Assembly (NCBI GenBank): GCA_027031765.1
Contig: JALVPN010000144.1
Location: 75,734 to 90,061, forward strand
Direction of reading: 5' to 3'
From: Promethearchaeota archaeon
GTDB taxonomy: Archaea > Asgardarchaeota > Thorarchaeia > Thorarchaeales > Thorarchaeaceae
Length of the DNA: 14,328 nucleotides
The notes beneath the pieces are model-generated. The model saw only the letters and a program-made list of their open reading frames with translations, did not search any database and had not been told where the DNA came from. Position numbers and translations under genes: made by a program. Each line of letters opens with the position of its first letter. Position 1 is the stretch's first letter. Positions 8,263 through 14,328 of the stretch are shown one piece after another.

Positions 8263-9123
8263 GTGCATGGAGTACCAGAGGCACGCAGGCTGCTAATGGA
8301 CTACCTTGAGGAGGACCTCCGGTCTGGCGACATCACCACAGAGGCGCTCTGCCCAGCCCACGTTGATGGAGTGGGTACCATCTACTCAAAGGGGAGGGCT
8401 GTGCTTGCAGGTGCGAGAGAGGTCGCCACAATTGCGGGGCTCATGGGCCTTGAATTCGAGGGACTGGTGTCGGAGGGCGACTGGGTCGGTCGTGGAGAAC
8501 CTGTAGTGCGGCTCAGCGGTCAGGTCGCCACACTGCTGCAGGTGGAACGTCTTTGCCTGAACATTGTGATGCACATGAGCGGCATTGCCACAAAGACGAG
8601 GACAATGGTGGAGCGGGTAAGGGACATAGACCTAAGGGTCACAGTAGCAGCAACGAGGAAGACCACCCCCGGTTTCAGGTACTTTGAGAAGCGTGCAGTA
8701 CGGGTTGGTGGTGGAGACCCGCACAGATATGCCCTCGATGACATGGTGCTCATAAAGAACAACCACATCGCAGTTGTCGGCGGGGTCAGGGAGGCCATTG
8801 TCAGAGCACGTGCAACGGTTTCGTTTACAAAGCGTATATCGTGTGAGGTCAGGAATACATCCGAGGCGGTCACTGCAGCACGGGCCGGGGCTGACATCAT
8901 CCTCCTCGACAACCTGACTCCGGAGGAGGTGCTCAATACATGCCAAGTGCTCCAGCGGGAGGGCTTGCGGGACCGGGTAGTCCTAGAGGTATCAGGGGGG
9001 ATTGACGAGGGCAACATAGAATCGTATGCCAGGACAGGTATCGATGTCATATCAGTGGGGGCACTGACACACTCGTACCACGCAGCTGACTTCAACATGG
9101 AGGTTGTAGTCCAAGAAGAGTGA
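8263..9123 (+). CDS. nadC: Nicotinate-nucleotide pyrophosphorylase (carboxylating) / quinolinate phosphoribosyltransferase
   Basis: EDLRSGDITT, ERLCLN, TRKTTPG, LIKNNH, LLDN, EVSGGI and SVGALTH motifs. Confidence 0.93.
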   Translation: MHGVPEARRLLMDYLEEDLRSGDITTEALCPAHVDGVGTIYSKGRAVLAGAREVATIAGLMGLEFEGLVSEGDWVGRGEPVVRLSGQVATLLQVERLCLNIVMHMSGIATKTRTMVERVRDIDLRVTVAATRKTTPGFRYFEKRAVRVGGGDPHRYALDDMVLIKNNHIAVVGGVREAIVRARATVSFTKRISCEVRNTSEAVTAARAGADIILLDNLTPEEVLNTCQVLQREGLRDRVVLEVSGGIDEGNIESYARTGIDVISVGALTHSYHAADFNMEVVVQEE

Positions 9124-9143
9124 AGCAGCAGATGTGAGTAAGT

Positions 9144-9221
9144 TGGTGCCCCGGCCGGGATTTGAACCCGGGTCATGGGATCGAAAGCCCCAGATGCTTG
9201 GCCGGACTACACTACCGGGGC
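9144..9221 (-). tRNA. tRNA-Glu(UUC), intronless, CCA encoded
   Basis: Reverse complement folds as GCCCCGG TA GTGT AGTCCGGCCAA GCAT C TGGGG CT-TTC-GA TCCCA TGAC CCGGG TTCAAAT CCCGG CCGGGGC A CCA. Confidence 0.97.
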
Positions 9222-9251
9222 GGATGTGCAGGCGTCATGATATCTGTGCTG

Positions 9252-9262
9252 TTATTAAGATT
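9252..9262 (-). promoter_or_regulatory. BRE/TATA of tRNA-Glu (AATCTTAATAA)
   Basis: About 30 nt upstream of the tRNA 5' end, matching the motif in front of the other tRNA genes. Confidence 0.7.
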
Positions 9263-9437
9263 GTGCAGTAGTGGTGTGGCCGGTTGCCGAGCAGGACAAT
9301 CATCGACACGGGCAAACAGACTGCATGCCGTACAGGCCCCAAGACATGTGAGAGAGGGATGGGTGAGAACAGGGTTGGACACGGGGACTGAGCGGCATGC
9401 TATGGGACGCATGTGCCACCGCAGCTCCCGGTCGGTT

Positions 9438-9782
9438 CTACGGGTGCGCACGCAGGACATGCATGTTGATGGGGCCGCCAATGACGGCACGTACACGTCG
9501 CATCAACTGGTCGAGCAGGTTGTGGTCACAGTCCGCACCGGGTGAGGCCTGCAGGATGAACGACTGCAGGTCGCTGGGCGAGGGCAGACCCGAAAGGGTA
9601 CTGTTACGAAAGACGAGTGTGGGGACTGTTGACACCCCATAGGCCCGTGCAATCGAATTGTGGAGGTCAACGTCAATCTCGTGTACCTTCAGGTCAGGGG
9701 TCAGAGAGGCAATCTCAGCCTCAACCATCGACTTGACCGTGCTGCACCAGACACAGTGCTTTGATGTGAACAGCAGGATCAT
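9438..9782 (-). CDS. Thioredoxin/glutaredoxin-fold protein (CVWC) with C-terminal extension
   Basis: LFTSKHCVWCSTVK active site, EIDVD strand, ARAYGVSTVPTL with the cis-Pro, and a TATA-like GGCTTAAAT about 35 nt upstream. Confidence 0.85.
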   Translation of the reverse strand: MILLFTSKHCVWCSTVKSMVEAEIASLTPDLKVHEIDVDLHNSIARAYGVSTVPTLVFRNSTLSGLPSPSDLQSFILQASPGADCDHNLLDQLMRRVRAVIGGPINMHVLRAHP

Positions 9783-9872
9783 TGCGCCTCATCACATCTG
9801 TGCCCACAGGGCCCGATTTAAGCCCGCACAATCCTAGGGTGCAGGGGGCCAAATCCATGTGCAGTGTTTCGG

Positions 9873-9883
9873 AACCTTAATAT
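9873..9883 (+). promoter_or_regulatory. BRE/TATA of the CAU tRNA (AACCTTAATAT)
   Basis: Identical 11-mer occurs upstream of tRNA-Asn (12902-12912) at a similar distance. Confidence 0.75.
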
Positions 9884-9915
9884 CGCAATCCTAACGAGGA
9901 GGAGGCGTCATTGAT

Positions 9916-9992
9916 GGGCCCGTAGCTCAGCTTGGTAGAGCAGCAGGCTCATAACCTGCCGGTCAGGGGTTCAAACCCCCTCGGGCCCACCA
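9916..9992 (+). tRNA. tRNA with CAU anticodon, most likely tRNA-Ile2 (agmatidine-modified); intronless, CCA encoded
   Basis: GGGCCCG TA GCTC AGCTTGGTA GAGC A GCAGG CT-CAT-AA CCTGC CGGTC AGGGG TTCAAAC CCCCT CGGGCCC A CCA. G1-C72 and the lack of three consecutive G-C anticodon-stem pairs argue against initiator Met. A GGGCCC acceptor stem is typical of archaeal Ile tRNAs. Confidence 0.9.
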
Positions 9993-10004
9993 GCCTGCGT
10001 GTTC

Positions 10005-10763
10005 TCAGCCGAACATGTTGTCCAGCAACATCATAACAACAAACCCGAACATCAGACCTAGTGTGGCATGCCGTGCAAAGCCACCGGAATGGCTTTCCGG
10101 GACCATTTCATCAGATACTACGAAGACCATTGCGCCAGCAGCAAATGAAAGCGCCACAGGGAGAAGGAACTGGGCAATGGAAACGACCGACACGCCGACC
10201 AGACCCCCCAAGGGCTCCACAAGTCCCGTCAGGAGTGCATACCCTGCAGCACGACGCCGACCATACCCCTCCCTAACCAACGGCATTGCAACGGCCAGCC
10301 CCTCCGGGATGTTCTGCAGGCCTATCGCGAGGGCGATTGGGACCCCGACTTCTAGGCTCTCCGCGCCAAACGCAACACCGACTGCCAGTCCTTCTGGAAA
10401 GTTGTGTATTGTGATTGCAAGGATGAGTAGCCAGATCCGGCGCATGCGTGTAGACGGGGGGCCCTCGTGCCCAGAAACAAAATGCTCATGGGGTATGTAG
10501 ATGTCCACGAGGTGGACAAACAGACCACCGAACAGGAAGCCAGCTGCAACCAACCAGATGTCAGCAAGGCCGAGAGCAGGCACTAGGAGACTGAATGCAG
10601 ACGCGGCAAGCATGACCCCACCGGCAAACCCCAGCATTGTGTCAAGTGACCTCCGCCCGAACTGACCCCCAAGTAGGACAGGAACCGCACCAATGCCAGT
10701 GGCAGCCCCCGCAAGCAGACTCGCCAGAGTCCCAGCGATAATTGTGTCTGTCAGCGCATCCAC
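10005..10763 (-). CDS. ZIP family divalent metal transporter (ZupT/GufA type)
   Basis: AITIHNFPEGLAVG (TM4), AIGLQNIPEGLAVA (TM5), His-containing loop PHEHF, FAAGAMVFVVSDEMVPE, and about eight hydrophobic segments. Confidence 0.93.
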   Translation of the reverse strand: MDALTDTIIAGTLASLLAGAATGIGAVPVLLGGQFGRRSLDTMLGFAGGVMLAASAFSLLVPALGLADIWLVAAGFLFGGLFVHLVDIYIPHEHFVSGHEGPPSTRMRRIWLLILAITIHNFPEGLAVGVAFGAESLEVGVPIALAIGLQNIPEGLAVAMPLVREGYGRRRAAGYALLTGLVEPLGGLVGVSVVSIAQFLLPVALSFAAGAMVFVVSDEMVPESHSGGFARHATLGLMFGFVVMMLLDNMFG

Positions 10764-11151
10764 CGGTTACACCGCCAAACAGCCCCACGTCTGTCGGATT
10801 CGGGACTATACTATACCCATGGCCTGAAACGGATAACAGTGTCCTGACTGGAGTACAGGCAGATGGGTACACACTTTACCCGGCCTGACACAGCAGCCGC
10901 ATATGAACTTGGCGTGTATCACAAGGGGGTCGTCCGGGCGCGACAGGGACATAGTTAGTCCATTGCCACGGCTGATAGGGCGGCTCAATTAACACATTGC
11001 AGCTCACAAGGGGGTGGGGCGGTAGCACACCTATTCGTCTGGTGCGCATCAACGGAGGGGGCGACTGGAAGAACACGAGAGAGCTGTCGCAACTGATATA
11101 ACAGAGATGGAGGAATGCCGCTACCAGTGTGACAATGCGGGAGTGTAAGAG

Positions 11152-12474
11152 TTGACCGAGCACAGACAGTTGTACGACAAGGTCTTCAGCCTGATTGAGC
11201 AGCATGATAGTTGGATGAGCAAGACAATCAACCTGATTGCCTCGGAGAACGTCTCGTCCCCTGCTGTCAGGTCTGCGATAGTCTGCGACTTCAGGGACAG
11301 ATATGCAGAGGGATGGCCTGGCGAACGGGTGTATGCAGGGTGTAAGTATATCGACGAGGTGGAGCTCATTTGCATAGACCTTGCAAAGAAGCTGTTCAGA
11401 GCAGAGTTTGCCGATGTGCGGCCCGTGTCCGGTGTAGTGGCCAACCTGATGATGTACACAGCCATGATGGAACCGCTCGACCGAATGATGGCGCTGTCAA
11501 TCGCACATGGGGGGCACATATCACATGCAAGGAAGAGCCTCGGTGGGACTGCTGGCGCAGTCCGGGGGCATAAGGTGCGTAACTGGGTGTTTGACGAGAA
11601 GGAGTTCAATATCGATGTTGACGCCAGTATCAAGGAAATACGGAGGCTCCAAGAGAAGGGGCAGGAGATAAGGTTCCTGCTGTTCGGGGGGTCTGTCTTT
11701 CCATTCCCGCATCCTGTAAAGGAGTTCCGTGAAATCGCAGACGAGTTCGGGATGCATATCGGGTACGACTCTGCACATGTGTCAGGACTCATTGCAGCAG
11801 GCCGTTTCCAAGACCCGCTACGTGAAGGGGCCGACATAATGACTGCATCCACCCACAAGACCCTACCGGGACCACAGCACGGGATTGTGCTCTCAAAGGC
11901 CGAGTTTGCAGATGCAGTGAAGGTTGCAGCCTTCCCCGGACTGCTCAGCAACCACCACCTCCACAACGTTGCTGGTCTGGCTGTGGCCCTTGCGGAGATG
12001 ATTGAGTTCGGAAAGGAGTATGCAGACCAGGTAATCAGGAATGCAAAGGCCCTTGCACAGGCACTCCATGAACGCGGGTGGAACGTAGTCGCTGAACACA
12101 AGGGGTTCACGGAGTCACACGTAGTACTCGTGGATGTTTCCGAAACGCCAATGAAGGATGGACGGACTGTCGAGGAACATCTTGAACGAGCGAACATCAT
12201 CATTAACCGGAACCTGCTGCCATGGGACAAAAAGATGGGGAGGGACTACAGGCGGCCCGGTGGGATCAGGCTCGGCTCAAGTGAGATGACGCGCCTTGGT
12301 ATGAAGGAGTCCGAGATGGACGCAATCGTCGAGTTCATGCACAGGGTGGTCATGAAGGGCGAAGATGTCGACAGGGTCGCGGCGGATGTGGCCGAGTTCA
12401 GGAAGGACTTCCAGAAGGTACACTTTGCTTTCGACACTGAAACACCCGCCTATGCACACCTGCGTTTCAGATAG
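11152..12474 (+). CDS. glyA: Serine hydroxymethyltransferase, archaeal type
   Basis: NLIASEN, YAEGWPGERVYAGC, HGGHISH, YDSAHV and the PLP-binding STHKTLPGPQHG. TTG start. Confidence 0.96.
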   Translation: MTEHRQLYDKVFSLIEQHDSWMSKTINLIASENVSSPAVRSAIVCDFRDRYAEGWPGERVYAGCKYIDEVELICIDLAKKLFRAEFADVRPVSGVVANLMMYTAMMEPLDRMMALSIAHGGHISHARKSLGGTAGAVRGHKVRNWVFDEKEFNIDVDASIKEIRRLQEKGQEIRFLLFGGSVFPFPHPVKEFREIADEFGMHIGYDSAHVSGLIAAGRFQDPLREGADIMTASTHKTLPGPQHGIVLSKAEFADAVKVAAFPGLLSNHHLHNVAGLAVALAEMIEFGKEYADQVIRNAKALAQALHERGWNVVAEHKGFTESHVVLVDVSETPMKDGRTVEEHLERANIIINRNLLPWDKKMGRDYRRPGGIRLGSSEMTRLGMKESEMDAIVEFMHRVVMKGEDVDRVAADVAEFRKDFQKVHFAFDTETPAYAHLRFR

Positions 12475-12508
12475 TGGCAGGGCCCCAAGGGTCTGCGAGG
12501 GGTTGCAG

Positions 12509-12805
12509 ATGGAGCTGCACGAGGCACAGGATCTTATGCGCAGGATATACCTAGAGCGAGACCGCAGACGAGGAGTTGAACGGACAATCCTACGCACATT
12601 CCAAGAGCTGGCAGAGCTCAGCGATGCGTTCCTCAAGGGGGATGACCACAGCAGCATCAATAGTGAGCTCGCAGATGTCCTCGCCTGGGTCTGTTCCCTC
12701 GCAAACCTCTTGGATGTCGACCTTACGCAGGCACTGACGAAAAAGTACGGCAGTGGGTGCTCTCGGTGCGGGCATACGCCGTGTGAATGTAAGGACACAC
12801 CGTAA
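12509..12805 (+). CDS. MazG-like nucleotide pyrophosphohydrolase with Cys-rich C-terminus (98 aa)
   Basis: ExxE (QELAEL) and ExxD (SELADVLAW) motifs, KY motif, and tail CSRCGHTPCEC. ATG 12509 is preferred; the track start at 12365 lies inside glyA. Confidence 0.85.
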   Translation: MELHEAQDLMRRIYLERDRRRGVERTILRTFQELAELSDAFLKGDDHSSINSELADVLAWVCSLANLLDVDLTQALTKKYGSGCSRCGHTPCECKDTP

Positions 12806-12901
12806 GGCATGCGGTTGACCCGTCCCACGACCCGCCGCGGAATGGGAGACGCCCGGTGACACACACACCCGATAGAGTGACCGTTGCGGGCAACAGACAG
12901 C

Positions 12902-12912
12902 AACCTTAATAT
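12902..12912 (+). promoter_or_regulatory. BRE/TATA of tRNA-Asn (AACCTTAATAT)
   Basis: Identical to 9873-9883 and about 30 nt upstream of the tRNA. Confidence 0.75.
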
Positions 12913-12985
12913 TCCCAACCACTCCACGATGACCCAAGGACGCCGCCGTAGCTCAGTTCGGTAGAGCGACAGCCTGTTAAGTTGT

Positions 12986-13016
12986 AACGCGCTACGGTCA
13001 CGTAGTGCGTGACGAA
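12986..13016 (+). other. tRNA-Asn intron 1 (31 nt, about position 43/44, relaxed BHB)
   Basis: 10-bp hairpin ACGCGCTACG/CGTAGTGCGT with GTCA loop, central helix AGTT/GACG, bulges GT|A and AA|T. An alternative register would shift the cut sites. Confidence 0.8.
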
Positions 13017-13032
13017 TGGCCGGAGGTTCAAG

Positions 13033-13061
13033 TGTCACTGTGGGCACACAGTGGCTGAAAG
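13033..13061 (+). other. tRNA-Asn intron 2 (29 nt, position 59/60, strict hBHBh')
   Basis: h = GGAGG/CCTCC, H = TTCA/TGAA, two AG|T bulges, h' = GTCACTGTG/CACAGTGGC with GGCA loop. Excision restores the T-loop TTCAAGT. Confidence 0.92.
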
Positions 13062-13122
13062 TCCTCCCGGCGGCGCCACTACCTCCTGTTGCACGTATGC
13101 GATTGCATGGATGACTCACCAC

Positions 13123-13134
13123 AACCTCTATAAG
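13123..13134 (+). promoter_or_regulatory. Putative BRE/TATA of tRNA-Lys (AACCTCTATAAG)
   Basis: Variant of the AACCTTAATA motif, about 25-30 nt upstream of the tRNA. Confidence 0.55.
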
Positions 13135-13156
13135 CTGAAACATGTGGGAGAATGTG

Positions 13157-13263
13157 GGGCCAGTGGCTAAGCCAGGTATAGCGACAGGCTCTTAACTTGT
13201 AGAGCGCGAGGCTGCCTCGCACTTGAGGACTGGTCGGGGGTTCAAATCCCCCCTGGCCCGCCA
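13157..13263 (+). tRNA. tRNA-Lys(CUU) with one non-canonical intron (about 43/44), CCA encoded
   Basis: Removing 13201-13230 gives a 77-nt cloverleaf: GGGCCAG TG GCTA AGCCAGGTA TAGC G ACAGG CT-CTT-AA CTTGT TGGTC GGGGG TTCAAAT CCCCC CTGGCCC G CCA. Confidence 0.93.
13201..13230 (+). other. tRNA-Lys intron (30 nt, about position 43/44, relaxed BHB)
   Basis: Hairpin GAGCGCGAGG/CCTCGCACTT with one mismatch, central helix ACTT/GAGG, bulges GT|A and AC|T. Same geometry as tRNA-Asn intron 1. Confidence 0.8.
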
Positions 13264-13461
13264 CTCCACTGTACTATTATCGTCTAGGACGTTGAGGGGG
13301 ACGGTCGCCCAAGTCATGTATCAAATGGGTGGCGTGCAGACGGTTGTGCATGACCGCAGGGTGGCCGCGACTGTGAACCTGGTCGACCATGACGCAGCCG
13401 CCAAGTATGTATATATTAGTGCACTACAGAGCGGGACTACTACACTGGACTGTGCGTAGCC

Positions 13462-14328
13462 ATGTCCCTACGTGAGAACAGGTTCATCGTGGCAGTGCTG
13501 GTCGCAGCAGTTGTATTCAGCGGACTTACCATGGGCAACTTTCACCCCGCACCGGTGCCTGCTGGGGTATGCATTGTAAGGGGCACTGTCTTTGACTTTG
13601 GAGAATACCCCATCATTGACCACGAGCAGATTGCAGTGTTCAACTATCTCAGGGGGTTTGTGGCCGGGAAGCCATATGGGGACTGGGACGACTGGCATGT
13701 TGGGCAGTACCATGGACTTTTGCACTATGTGGTAGCCTTCATGACGTATGCAACATCAATGATGTTTGCCTCAACACCCGGATACCGGACGGAATACTAC
13801 ATGGGGTTTGCCCACAATCTCATCAAGAAAATGAACACATCTTATGAGGAATGGGGGGAGGACTCGATAGAGTACATGGAGTGGCTACACCCGTCCTACA
13901 ACTACGTGGACTACTACTGGCCGAACGCCTCCGACCCGAGTGGGCTGTACATGGGAGGGTTTCGGGGCCCTGCAAACATAATGTGGACAGGACACTACAC
14001 ACTGATGATGATGCTATACGAGCGGAACTTCAACACAGGCGAGTTCACAGGTGAGATAACAAGGTTCATCAATGGCTGGAACGAGTCGCTCACTACCGAT
14101 GGGCTTGGCAACCCGAGGGAGGGCGGGATCTGGGGCGTCGGCCTCATACCTTGCGAGCCGTACATTGTGTTTGTCCAGTGCAACAGTATCCCAATCATGT
14201 GCACAGAACTCTATGACAACATGTACGGTGCTCGGTACGTGGAGGGTGGGATGTGGGACTATGGACTGCAGTTCATCAATACCGTGATGCAAGACCACTA
14301 CGGACTGTTCATAGATGGGTACTATGTG
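13462..14328 (+). CDS. Linalool dehydratase/isomerase (LinD)-like protein with N-terminal signal peptide or anchor; truncated at window end (289 codons visible)
   Basis: My translation from ATG 13462 has no stop to the window end: MSLRENRFIVAVLVAAVVFSGLTMG...HYVVAFMTYA...ANIMWTGHYTLMMMLYER...GLIPCEPYIVFVQCNSIPIMCTELYDNMYG.... This matches LinD motifs as I recall them (NIMYKGHLNLMYGLY and GIVCEPDNYFVQCNS). Missing from the supplied ORF track, apparently because it has no stop within the window. Confidence 0.8.
   Translation, partial: MSLRENRFIVAVLVAAVVFSGLTMGNFHPAPVPAGVCIVRGTVFDFGEYPIIDHEQIAVFNYLRGFVAGKPYGDWDDWHVGQYHGLLHYVVAFMTYATSMMFASTPGYRTEYYMGFAHNLIKKMNTSYEEWGEDSIEYMEWLHPSYNYVDYYWPNASDPSGLYMGGFRGPANIMWTGHYTLMMMLYERNFNTGEFTGEITRFINGWNESLTTDGLGNPREGGIWGVGLIPCEPYIVFVQCNSIPIMCTELYDNMYGARYVEGGMWDYGLQFINTVMQDHYGLFIDGYYV

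Larger units (their letters stand above)
12942..13078 (+). tRNA. tRNA-Asn(GUU) with two non-canonical introns (about 43/44 and 59/60), CCA encoded
   Basis: Removing 12986-13016 and 13033-13061 gives a 77-nt cloverleaf: GCCGCCG TA GCTC AGTTCGGTA GAGC G ACAGC CT-GTT-AA GTTGT TGGCC GGAGG TTCAAGT CCTCC CGGCGGC G CCA. Confidence 0.93.

Noticed and set aside
9789-9794. Two in-frame TGA codons just upstream of the thioredoxin-like start (possible selenocysteine read-through)
   Set aside because: They fall within the RBS-like GTGATGAGG; the CxxC site is complete with Cys and I see no SECIS-like element.
10764-11151. About 390-nt divergent intergenic region; GCGACTGG...GTCGC hairpin ahead of glyA loosely recalls a ZTP (pfl) riboswitch
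   Set aside because: The downstream conserved CGCCUGGGC pseudoknot hairpin is missing, only short stems form, and a TATA-like element (about 11091-11102) lies downstream of the hairpin. The short ORFs here lack recognisable features. An Rfam/Infernal scan would settle it.
11121-12230. 369-aa minus-strand ORF
   Set aside because: Antisense shadow of the well-supported glyA; no motifs.
12277-13143. 288-aa minus-strand ORF
   Set aside because: Runs antisense across the glyA end, the MazG-like gene and tRNA-Asn; no protein-like features.
12942-13263. Split or permuted tRNA, integrated element, or CRISPR-like reading of the hairpins around the tRNA pair
   Set aside because: Each gene has all exons in order on one strand with its own promoter. 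I see no duplicated tRNA 3' end (att site), integrase or regularly spaced repeats in the window.
13223-13459. 78-aa plus-strand ORF between tRNA-Lys and the LinD-like gene
   Set aside because: Starts inside the tRNA-Lys intron and runs through the TATA-like element of the next gene.

Overview
Archaeal chromosomal window, roughly 57% GC by eye. It has archaeal TATA/BRE promoters, GGTGA/GGAGG ribosome-binding sites, and archaeal-type Rqc2/RqcH, SHMT and KaiC-like genes. An Asgard (Thorarchaeota-like) origin is my inference, not proven. The content is mostly housekeeping: A24 prepilin-type peptidase, KaiC-like ATPase, Lrp/AsnC regulator, EMC6/Rab5ip-like membrane protein, rqcH, two CBS proteins, pyrC, an AMMECR1-family protein, nadC, a thioredoxin-fold protein, a ZIP transporter, glyA and a MazG-like pyrophosphatase. 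There are four tRNA genes: Glu-UUC, Ile2/Met-CAU, Asn-GUU and Lys-CUU. The most unusual signal is the tandem tRNA-Asn/tRNA-Lys pair at 12.9-13.3 kb, which is interrupted by three non-canonical bulge-helix-bulge (BHB)-type introns. Two lie at about position 43/44 with the same relaxed geometry in both genes, and one is a perfect hBHBh' intron at 59/60, so tRNA-Asn carries two introns. Just downstream, an ORF absent from the supplied track (13462 to the window end) encodes a secreted or membrane-anchored protein with the catalytic motifs of linalool dehydratase/isomerase (LinD).
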